A DNA stretch of 64,000 nt, from positions 11,966,001-12,030,000 of the forward strand of contig OZ024766.1 of NCBI GenBank assembly GCA_964016885.1, written 5' to 3'. A program made the translations under genes and the position numbers. Source of the stretch: Eledone cirrhosa. Its lineage: Eukaryota. The notes below the pieces were generated by a model, which did no database searches, had not been told where the DNA came from, and saw only the letters and a program-made list of their open reading frames with translations. Positions within the stretch are counted from its first letter, which is position 1. Every line of letters begins with the position of its first letter. Below are positions 52,801-64,000 of this stretch, piece after piece.

Positions 52801-55800
52801 CTTTTACATGTCCCCTTTACAGTGTCGACTGGGAGCTGTTTGCTGTGTCTTTTACATGACCACTTTACAGTGTGGACTGGGTGCTTTTGCTGTGTCTCCT
52901 ACATGACCACTTTATAGTGTGGACCGGGTGCTGTTTGCTGTGTCTTTTACATGACCACTTTACAGTGTGGACTGGGTGCTGTTTGCTGTGTCTCCTACAT
53001 GACCACTTTACAGTGTGGACTGGGAGCTGTTTGCTGTGTCTCCTACATGACCACTTTACAGTGTGGACTGGGTGCTGTTTGCTGTGTCTTTTACATGACC
53101 ACTTTACAGTGTGGACTGGGTGCTGTTTGCTGTGTCTCCTACACAACCACTTTACAGTGTGGACTGGGTGCTGTTTGCTGTGTCTCCTACATGACCACTT
53201 TACAGTGTGGACTGGGAGCTGTTTGCTGTGTCTCCTACATGACCACTTTACAGTGTGGACTGGGTGCTGTTTGCTGTGTCTCCTACATGACCACTTTACA
53301 GTGTGGGCTGGGTGCTGTTTGCTGTGTCTCCTACATGACCACTTTACAGTGTGGACTGGGTGCTGTTTGCTGTGTCTCCTACATGACCACTTTACAGTGT
53401 GGACTGGGTGCTGTTTGCTGTGTCTCCTACATGACCACTTTACAGTGTGGACTGGGTGCTGTTTGCTGTGTCTCCTACATGACCACTTTACAGTGTGGAC
53501 TGGGTGCTGTTTACTGTGTCTCCCACATGACCACTTTACAGTGTGGACTGGGAGCTGTTTGCTGTGTCTCCTACATGACCACTTTACAGTGTGGACTGGG
53601 TGCTGTTTGCTGTGTCTCCTACATGACCACTTTACAGTGTGGACTGGGTGCTGTTTGCTGTGTCTCCTACATGACCACTTTTCAGTGTGGACTGGGTGCT
53701 GTTTGCTGTGTCTCCTACATGACCCCTTTACAGTGTGGACTGGGTGCTGTTTGCTGTGTCTTTTACATGACCACTTTACAGTGTGGACTGGGAGCTGTTT
53801 GCTGTCTCCTACATGACCACTTTACAGTGTGGGCTGGGTGCTGTTTGCTGTGTCTTTTACATGACCACTTTACAGTGTGGACTGGGAGCTGTTTGCTGTC
53901 TCCTACATGACCACTTTACAGTGTGGGCTGGGTGCTGTTTGCTGTGTCTCCTACATGACCACTTTACAGTGTGGACTGGGTGCTGTTTGCTGTGTCTCCT
54001 ACATTACCACTTTACAGTGTGGACTGGGAGCTGTTTGCTGTGTCTCCTACATGACCACTTTACAGTGTGGACTGGGAGCTGTTTGCTGTGTCTTTTACAT
54101 GACCACTTTACAGTGTGGACTGGGTGCTGTTTGCTGTGTCTCCTACATGACCACTTTACAGTGTGGACTGGGAGCTGTTTGCTGTGTCTCCTACATGACC
54201 ACTTTACAGTGTGGACTGGGTCCTGTTTGCTGTGTCTCCTACATGACCACTTTACAGTGTGGACTGGGAGCTGTTTGCTGTGTCTCCTACATGACCCCTT
54301 TACAGTGTGGACTGGGAGCTGTTTGCTGTGTCTTTTACATGACCACTTTACAGTGTGGGCTGGGTGCTGTTTGCTGTGTCTCCTACATGACCCCTTTACA
54401 GTGTGGACTGGGAGCTGTTTGCTGTGTCTCCTACATGACCACTTTACAGTGTGGACTGGGTGCTGTTTGCTGTGTCTCCTACATGACCCCTTTACAGTGT
54501 GGACTGGGAGCTGTTTGCTGTGTCTCCTACATGACCCCTTTACAGTGTGGACTGGGAGCTGTTTGCTGTGTCTCCTACATGACCCCTTTACAGTGTGGAC
54601 TGGGTGCTGTTTGCTGTGTCTTTTACATGACCACTTTACAGTGTGGACTGGGTGCTGTTTGCTGTGTCTTTTACATGACCACTTTACAGTGTGGGCTGGG
54701 TGCTGTTTGCTGTGTCTTTTACATGACCACTTTACAGTGTGGGCTGGGTGCTGTTTGCTGTGTCTTTTACATGACCACTTTACAGTGTGGGCTGGGTGCT
54801 GTTTGCTGTGTCTCCTACATGACCACTTTACAGTGTGGACTGGGAGCTGTTTGCTGTGTCTTTTACATGACCACTTTACAGTGTGGGCTGGGTGCTGTTT
54901 GCTGTGTCTCCTACATGACCCCTTTACAGTGTGGACTGGGTGCTGTTTGCTGTGTCTTTTACATGACCACTTTACAGTGTGGACTGGGTGCTGTTTGCTG
55001 TGTCTTTTACATGACCACTTTACAGTGTGGGCTGGGTGCTGTTTGCTGTGTCTTTTACATGACCACTTTACAGTGTGGGCTGGGTGCTGTTTGCTGTGTC
55101 TTTTACATGACCACTTTACAGTGTGGGCTGGGTGCTGTTTGCTGTGTCTCCTACATGACCCCTTTACAGTGTGGACTGGGTGCTGTTTGCTGTGTCTTTT
55201 ACATGACCACTTTACAGTGTGGACTGGGTGCTGTTTGCTGTGTCTTTTACATGACCACTTTACAGTGTGGGCTGGGTGCTGTTTGCTGTGTCTTTTACAT
55301 GACCACTTTACAGTGTGGGCTGGGTGCTGTTTGCTGTGTCTTTTACATGACCACTTTACAGTGTGGGCTGGGTGCTGTTTGCTGTGTCTCCTACATGACC
55401 ACTTTACAGTGTGGACTGGGAGCTGTTTGCTGTGTCTTTTACATGACCACTTTACAGTGTGGGCTGGGTGCTGTTTGCTGTGTCTCCTACATGACCCCTT
55501 TACAGTGTGGACTGGGTGCTGTTTGCTGTGTCTTTTACATGACCACTTTACAGTGTGGACTGGGTGCTGTTTGCTGTGTCTTTTACATGACCACTTTACA
55601 GTGTGGACTGGGTGCTGTTTGCTGTGTCTTTTACATGACCACTTTACAGTGTGGACTGGGTGCTGTTTGCTGTGTCTTTTACATGACCACTTTACAGTGT
55701 GGACTGGGAGCTGTTTGCTGTGTCTCCTACATGACCACTTTACAGTGTGGACTGAGTGCTGTTTACTGTGTCTCCTACATGACCACTTTACAGTGTGGAC

Positions 55801-58800
55801 TGGGTGCTGTTTGCTGTGTCTTTTACATGACCACTTTACAGTGTGGACTGGGAGCTGTTTGCTGTGTCTTTTACATGACCACTTTACAGTGTGGGCTGGG
55901 TGCTGTTTGCTGTGTCTCCTACATGAACCCTTTACAGTGTGGACTGGGTGCTGTTTGCTGTGTCTTTTACATGACCACTTTACAGTGTGGACTGGGTGCT
56001 GTTTGCTGTGTCTTTTACATGACCACTTTACAGTGTGGACTGGGTGCTGTTTGCTGTGTCTTTTACATGACCACTTTACAGTGTGGACTGGGTGCTGTTT
56101 GCTGTGTCTTTTACATGACCACTTTACAGTGTGGACTGGGAGCTGTTTGCTGTGTCTCCTACATGACCACTTTACAGTGTGGACTGGGTGCTGTTTACTG
56201 TGTCTCCTACATGACCACTTTACAGTGTGGACTGGGTGCTGTTTGCTGTGTCTTTTACATGACCACTTTACAGTGTGGACTGGGAGCTGTTTGCTGTGTC
56301 TCCTACATGACCACTTTACAGTGTGGACTGGGTGCTGTTTGCTGTGTCTCCTACATGACCACTTTACAGTGTGGACTGGGTGCTGTTTGCTGTGTCTCCT
56401 ACATGACCACTTTACAGTGTGGACTGGGTGCTGTTTGCTGTGTCTTTTACATGACCACTTTACAGTGTGGACTGGGAGCTGTTTGCTGTGTCTCCTACAT
56501 GACCACTTTACAGTTTGGACTGGGAGCTGTTTGCTGTGTCTCCTACATGACCACTTTACAGTGTGGACTGGGTGCTGTTTGCTGTGTCTCCTACATGACC
56601 ACTTTATAGTGTGGACCGGGTGCTGTTTGCTGTGTCTCCTACATGACCACTTTACAGTGTGGACTGGGTGCTGTTTGCTGTGTCTCCTACACGACCACTT
56701 TACAGTGTGGACTGGGTGCTGTTTGCTGTGTCTCCTACACGACCACTTTATAGTGTGGACCGGGTGCTGTTTGCTGTGTCTCCCACATGACCACATTACA
56801 GTGTGGACTGGGTGCTGTTTGCTGTGTCTTTACATGACCACTTTACAGTGTGGACTGGGTGCTGTTTGCTGTGTCTCTTACACGACCACTTTACAGTGTG
56901 GACTGGGTGCTGTTTGCTGTGTCTCCTACATGACCACTTTACAGTGTGGACTGGGTGCTGTTTGCTGTGTCTTTTACATGTCCCCTTTACAGTGTCGACT
57001 GGGAGCTGTTTGCTGTGTCTTTTACATGACCACTTTACAGTGTGGACTGGGTGCTTTTGCTGTGTCTCCTACATGACCACTTTATAGTGTGGACCGGGTG
57101 CTGTTTGCTGTGTCTTTTACATGACCACTTTACAGTGTGGACTAGGTGCTGTTTGCTGTGTCTCCTACATGACCACTTTACAGTGTGGACTGGGAGCTGT
57201 TTGCTGTGTCTCCTACATGACCACTTTACAGTGTGGACTGGGTGCTGTTTGCTGTGTCTTTTACATGACCACTTTACAGTGTGGACTGGGTGCTGTTTGC
57301 TGTGTCTCCTACACAACCACTTTACAGTGTGGACTGGGTGCTGTTTGCTGTGTCTCCTACATGACCACTTTACAGTGTGGACTGGGAGCTGTTTGCTGTG
57401 TCTCCTACATGACCACTTTACAGTGTGGACTGGGTGCTGTTTGCTGTGTCTCCTACATGACCACTTTACAGTGTGGGCTGGGTGCTGTTTGCTGTGTCTC
57501 CTACATGACCACTTTACAGTGTGGACTGGGTGCTGTTTGCTGTGTCTCCTACATGACCACTTTACAGTGTGGGCTGGGTGCTGTTTGCTGTGTCTTTTAC
57601 ATGACCACTTTACAGTGTGGACTGGGTGCTGTTTGCTGTGTCTCCTACATGACCACTTTACAGTGTGGACTGGGAGCTGTTTGCTGTGTCTCCTACATGA
57701 CCACTTTACAGTGTGGACTGGGAGCTGTTTACTGTGTCTCCTACATGACCCCTTTACAGTGTGGACTGGGAGCTGTTTGCTGTGTCTCCTACATGACCAC
57801 TTTACAGTGTGGACTGGGTGCTGTTTGCTGTGTCTCCTACATGACCACTTTACAGTGTGGACTGGGAGCTGTTTGCTGTGTCTCTTACATGACCACTTTA
57901 CAGTGTGGACTGGGTGCTTTTGCTGTGTCTCCTACATGACCACTTTATAGTGTGGACCGGGTGCTGTTTGCTGTGTCTTTTACATGACCACTTTACAGTG
58001 TGGACTGGGTGCTGTTTGCTGTGTCTCCTACATGACCACTTTACAGTGTGGACTGGGAGCTGTTTGCTGTGTCTCCTACATGACCACTTTACAGTGTGGA
58101 CTGGGTGCTGTTTGCTGTGTCTTTTACATGACCACTTTACAGTGTGGACTGGGTGCTGTTTGCTGTGTCTCCTACACGACCACTTTACAGTGTGGACTGG
58201 GTGCTGTTTGCTGTGTCTCCTACATGACTACTTTACAGTGTGGACTGGGTGCTGTTTGCTGTGTCTTTTACATGTCCCCTTTACAGTGTCGACTGGGAGC
58301 TGTTTGCTGTGTCTTTTACATGACCACTTTACATTGTGGACTGGGTGCTGTTTGCTGTGTCTGCTACATGACCAATCTACAGTGTGGACTGGGTGCTGTT
58401 TGCTGTGTCTCCCACATGACCACTTTACAGTGGGCTGGGTGCTGTTTGCTGTGTCTCCTACATGACCACTTTACAGTGTGGACTGGGTGCTGTTTGCTGT
58501 GTCTCCTACATGACCACTTTACAGTGTGGACTGGGTGATGTTTGCTGTGTCTCCTACATGACCACTTTACAGTGTGGACTGGGAGCTGTTTACTGTGTCT
58601 CCTACATGACCCCTTTACAGTGTGGACTGGGAGCTGTTTGCTGTGTCTCCTACATGACCACTTTACAGTGTGGACTGGGTGCTGTTTGCTGTGTCTCCTA
58701 CATGACCACTTTACAGTGTGGACTGGGAGCTGTTTGCTGTGTCTCTTACATGACCACTTTACAGTGTGGACTGGGTGCTTTTGCTGTGTCTCCTACATGA

Positions 58801-61800
58801 CCACTTTATAGTGTGGACCGGGTGCTGTTTGCTGTGTCTTTTACATGACCACTTTACAGTGTGGACTGGGTGCTGTTTGCTGTGTCTCCTACATGACCAC
58901 TTTACAGTGTGGACTGGGAGCTGTTTGCTGTGTCTCCCACATGACCACATTACAGTGTGGACTGGGTGCTGTTTGCTGTGTCTTTTACATGACCACTTTA
59001 CAGTGTGGACTGGGTGCTGTTTGCTGTGTCTCTTACACGACCACTTTACAGTGTGGACTGGGTGCTGTTTGCTGTGTCTCCTACATGACCACTTTACAGT
59101 GTGGACTGGGTGCTGTTTGCTGTGTCTTTTACATGTCCCCTTTACAGTGTCGACTGGGAGCTGTTTGCTGTGTCTTTTACATGACCACTTTACAGTGTGG
59201 ACTGGGTGCTTTTGCTGTGTCTCCTACATGACCACTTTATAGTGTGGACCGGGTGCTGTTTGCTGTGTCTTTTACATGACCACTTTACAGTGTGGACTGG
59301 GTGCTGTTTGCTGTGTCTCCTACATGACCACTTTACAGTGTGGACTGGGAGCTGTTTGCTGTGTCTCCTACATGACCACTTTACAGTGTGGACTGGGTGC
59401 TGTTTGCTGTGTCTTTTACATGACCACTTTACAGTGTGGACTGGGTGCTGTTTGCTGTGTCTCCTACACAACCACTTTACAGTGTGGACTGGGTGCTGTT
59501 TGCTGTGTCTCCTACATGACCACTTTACAGTGTGGACTGGGAGCTGTTTGCTGTGTCTCCTACATGACCACTTTACAGTGTGGACTGGGTGCTGTTTGCT
59601 GTGTCTCCTACATGACCACTTTACAGTGTGGGCTGGGTGCTGTTTGCTGTGTCTCCTACATGACCACTTTACAGTGTGGACTGGGTGCTGTTTGCTGTGT
59701 CTCCTACATGACCACTTTACAGTGTGGGCTGGGTGCTGTTTGCTGTGTCTTTTACATGACCACTTTACAGTGTGGACTGGGTGCTGTTTGCTGTGTCTCC
59801 TACATGACCACTTTACAGTGTGGACTGGGAGCTGTTTGCTGTGTCTCCTACATGACCACTTTACAGTGTGGACTGGGAGCTGTTTACTGTGTCTCCTACA
59901 TGACCCCTTTACAGTGTGGACTGGGAGCTGTTTGCTGTGTCTCCTACATGACCACTTTACAGTGTGGACTGGGTGCTGTTTGCTGTGTCTCCTACATGAC
60001 CACTTTACAGTGTGGACTGGGAGCTGTTTGCTGTGTCTCTTACATGACCACTTTACAGTGTGGACTGGGTGCTTTTGCTGTGTCTCCTACATGACCACTT
60101 TATAGTGTGGACCGGGTGCTGTTTGCTGTGTCTTTTACATGACCACTTTACAGTGTGGACTGGGTGCTGTTTGCTGTGTCTCCTACATGACCACTTTACA
60201 GTGTGGACTGGGAGCTGTTTGCTGTGTCTCCTACATGACCACTTTACAGTGTGGACTGGGTGCTGTTTGCTGTGTCTTTTACATGACCACTTTACAGTGT
60301 GGACTGGGTGCTGTTTGCTGTGTCTCCTACACGACCACTTTACAGTGTGGACTGGGTGCTGTTTGCTGTGTCTCCTACATGACCACTTTACAGTGTGGAC
60401 TGGGTGCTGTTTGCTGTGTCTTTTACATGTCCCCTTTACAGTGTCGACTGGGAGCTGTTTGCTGTGTCTTTTACATGACCACTTTACATTGTGGACTGGG
60501 TGCTGTTTGCTGTGTCTGCTACATGACCAATCTACAGTGTGGACTGGGTGCTGTTTGCTGTGTCTCCCACATGACCACTTTACAGTGGGCTGGGTGCTGT
60601 TTGCTGTGTCTCCTACATGACCACTTTACAGTGTGGACTGGGTGCTGTTTGCTGTGTCTCCTACATGACCACTTTACAGTGTGGACTGGGTGATGTTTGC
60701 TGTGTCTCCTACATGACCACTTTACAGTGTGGACTGGGAGCTGTTTACTGTGTCTCCTACATGACCCCTTTACAGTGTGGACTGGGAGCTGTTTGCTGTG
60801 TCTCCTACATGACCACTTTACAGTGTGGACTGGGTGCTGTTTGCTGTGTCTCCTACATGACCACTTTACAGTGTGGACTGGGAGCTGTTTGCTGTGTCTC
60901 TTACATGACCACTTTACAGTGTGGACTGGGTGCTTTTGCTGTGTCTCCTACATGACCACTTTATAGTGTGGACCGGGTGCTGTTTGCTGTGTCTTTTACA
61001 TGACCACTTTACAGTGTGGACTGGGTGCTGTTTGCTGTGTCTCCTACATGACCACTTTACAGTGTGGACTGGGAGCTGTTTGCTGTGTCTCCTACATGAC
61101 CACTTTACAGTGTGGACTGTGTGCTGTTTGCTGTGTCTTTTACATGACCACTTTACAGTGTGGACTGGGTGCTGTTTGCTGTGTCTCCTACACGACCACT
61201 TTACAGTGTGGACTGGGTGCTGTTTGCTGTGTCTCCTACATGACCACTTTACAGTGTGGACTGGGTGCTGTTTGCTGTGTCTTTTACATGTCCCCTTTAC
61301 AGTGTCGACTGGGAGCTGTTTGCTGTGTCTTTTACATGACCACTTTACATTGTGGACTGGGTGCTGTTTGCTGTGTCTGCTACATGACCAATCTACAGTG
61401 TGGACTGGGTGCTGTTTGCTGTGTCTCCCACATGACCACTTTACAGTGGGCTGGGTGCTGTTTGCTGTGTCTCCTACATGACCACTTTACAGTGTGGACT
61501 GGGTGCTGTTTGCTGTGTCTCCTACATGACCACTTTACAGCGTGGACTGGGTGCTGTTTGCTGTGTCTCCTACATGACCACTTTACAGTGTGGACTGGGT
61601 GCTGTTTGCTGTGTCTCCTACATGACCAATTTACAGTGTGGGCTGGGTGCTGTTTGCTGTGTCTCCTACATGACCACTTTACAGTGGACTGGGAGCTGTT
61701 TGCTGTGTCTCCTACATGACCACTTTACAGTGTGGACTGGGTGCTGTTTGCTGTGTCTCCTACATGACCACTTTACAGTGTGGACTGGATGCATTTTGCT

Positions 61801-64000
61801 GTGTCTCCTACATGACCACTTTACAGTGTGGACTGGGAGCTGTTTGCTGTGTCTCCTACATGACCACTTTACAGTGTAGGCTGGGTGCTGTTTGCTGTGT
61901 CTCCTACATGACCACTTTACAGTGTGGACTGGGAGCTGTTTGCTGTGTCTCTTACATGACCAATTTACAGTGTGGGCTGGGTGCTGTTTACTGTGTCTCC
62001 TACATGACCACTTTACAGTGTGGACTGGGTGCTGTTTGCTGTGTCTCCTACATGACCACTTTACAGTGTGGACTGGGAGCTGTTTGCTGTGTCTCCTACA
62101 TGACCACTTTACAGTGTGGACTGGGTGCTGTTTGCTGTGTCTCCTACATGACTACTTTACAGCGTCGACTGGGTCCTGTTTGCTGTGTCTTTTACATGTC
62201 CCCTTTACAGTGTGGACTGGGAGCTGTTTGCTGTGTCTCCTACATGACCACTTTACAGTGTGGACTGGGAGCTGTTTGCTGTGTCTCCTACATGACCACT
62301 TTACAGTGTGGACTGGGAGCTGTTTGCTGTGTCTCCTACATGACCACTTTACAGTGTGAACTGGGTGCTGTTTGCTGTGTCTCCTACATGACTACTTTAC
62401 AGTGTGGGCTGGGTGCTGTTTGCTGTGTCTCCTACATGACCACTTTACAGTGTGGGCTGGGTGCTGTTTGCTGTGTCTCCTACATGACCACTTTACAGTG
62501 TGGGCTGGGTGCTGTTTGCTGTGTCTTTTACATGTCCCCTTTACAGTGTGAACTGGGTGCTGTTTGCTGTGTCTCCTACATGACCACTTTACAGTGTGGG
62601 CTGGGTGCTGTTTGCTGTGTCTCCTACATGACCACTTTACAGTGTGGGCTGGGTTCTGTTTGCTGTGTCTTTTACATGTCCCCTTTACAGTGTGGACTGG
62701 GTGCTGTTTGCTGTGTCTCCTACATGTCCCCTTTACAGTGTGGACTGGGTGCTGTTTGTGGTGTCTCCTACATGACCACTTTACAGTTTGGACTGGGAGC
62801 TGTTTGCTGTGTCTCCTACATGACCACTTTACAGTGTGGACTGGGTGCTGTTTGCTGTGTCTCCTACATGACCACTTTATAGTGTGGACCGGGTGCTGTT
62901 TGCTGTGTCTCCTACACGACCACTTTACAGTGTGGACTGGGTGCTGTTTGCTGTGTCTCCTACACGACCACTTTACAGTGTGGACTGGGTGCTGTTTGCT
63001 GTGTCTCCTACACGACCACTTTATAGTGTGGACCGGGTGCTGTTTGCTGTGTCTCCCACATGACCACATTACAGTGTGGACTGGGTGCTGTTTGCTGTGT
63101 CTTTTACATGACCACTTTACAGTGTGGACTGGGTGCTGTTTGCTGTGTCTCTTACACGACCACTTTACAGTGTGGACTGGGTGCTGTTTGCTGTGTCTCC
63201 TACATGACCACTTTACAGTGTGGACTGGGTGCTGTTTGCTGTGTCTTTTACATGTCCCCTTTACAGTGTCGACTGGGAGCTGTTTGCTGTGTCTTTTACA
63301 TGACCACTTTACAGTGTGGACTGGGTGCTTTTGCTGTGTCTCCTACATGACCACTTTATAGTGTGGACCGGGTGCTGTTTGCTGTCTCTTTTACATGACC
63401 ACTTTACAGTGTGGACTGGGTGCTGTTTGCTGTGTCTCCTACATGACCACTTTACAGTGTGGACTGGGAGCTGTTTGCTGTGTCTCCTACATGACCACTT
63501 TACAGTGTGGACTGGGTGCTGTTTGCTGTGTCTTTTACATGACCACTTTACAGTGTGGACTGGGTGCTGTTTGCTGTGTCTCCTACACAACCACTTTACA
63601 GTGTGGACTGGGTGCTGTTTGCTGTGTCTCCTACATGACCACTTTACAGTGTGGACTGGGAGCTGTTTGCTGTGTCTCCTACATGACCACTTTACAGTGT
63701 GGACTGGGTGCTGTTTGCTGTGTCTCCTACATGACCACTTTACAGTGTGGGCTGGGTGCTGTTTGCTGTGTCTCCTACATGACCACTTTACAGTGTGGAC
63801 TGGGTGCTGTTTGCTGTGTCTCCTACATGACCACTTTACAGTGTGGACTGGGTGCTGTTTGCTGTGTCTCCTACATGACCACTTTACAGTGTGGACTGGG
63901 TGCTGTTTGCTGTGTCTCCTACATGACCACTTTACAGTGTGGACTGGGTGCTGTTTACTGTGTCTCCCACATGACCACTTTACAGTGTGGACTGGGAGCT
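4896..64000 (+). repeat. 48-bp satellite DNA array, ~1,230 head-to-tail monomers, continues beyond the window
   Basis: Consensus CCACTTTACAGTGTGGACTGGGTGCTGTTTGCTGTGTCTCCTACATGA. I saw no inversion or foreign insertion; occasional 46-, 47- and 49-bp monomers. Confidence 0.99.
17280..64000 (+). repeat. ~22.8-kb higher-order tandem duplication (about 17.3-39.96 kb, 39.96-62.78 kb, third copy starting)
   Basis: Rare variants recur at offsets of 22,819-22,822 bp (GGGAAC 21091/43913; ACTAGG 34325/57144; ORF pairs 24147/46969, 38897/61716 and 40490/63309). Confidence 0.93.

Noticed and set aside
4940-63590. Giant Cys/His-rich ORFs (MTTLQCGLGAVCCVSY, LLHDHFTVWTGCCLLC, WSCRRHSKQHPVHTVK repeats) as metal-binding or structural proteins
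   Set aside because: The 48-bp unit is a multiple of 3 and is stop-free in three frames by chance. Stops and frameshifts are freely propagated in the HORs, there are no unique termini, and the unit derives from a non-coding UTR.
4896-64000. CRISPR array
   Set aside because: No unique spacers, no cas genes, and a eukaryotic retroelement context.

Overview
Eukaryotic, gene-free window. The repeat families resemble those I recall from octopus/cephalopod genomes; this is inference, not a database result. Bases 1-4895 are a pile-up of decayed retroelements sitting in (AT)n microsatellites: RTE-clade LINE fragments (one with twin-priming-type 5' inversion, one with an internal 80-bp minisatellite), tRNA-head SINEs with RTE-like (TGA)n tails, and three hammerhead-ribozyme-related motifs of the kind found in Penelope-like elements. 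Bases 4896-64000 (open at the right edge) are one head-to-tail satellite of about 1,230 48-bp monomers (CCACTTTACAGTGTGGACTGGGTGCTGTTTGCTGTGTCTCCTACATGA) with nested higher-order duplications up to about 22.8 kb. The monomer matches a short internal repeat in the 3' UTR of the flanking RTE/SINE copies, and ancestral-type monomers survive at the array edge, so the window appears to record a satellite arising from a retrotransposon. All giant Cys/Leu/His-rich ORFs are artefacts of a 48-bp unit that has no stop codon in 3 of 6 frames.
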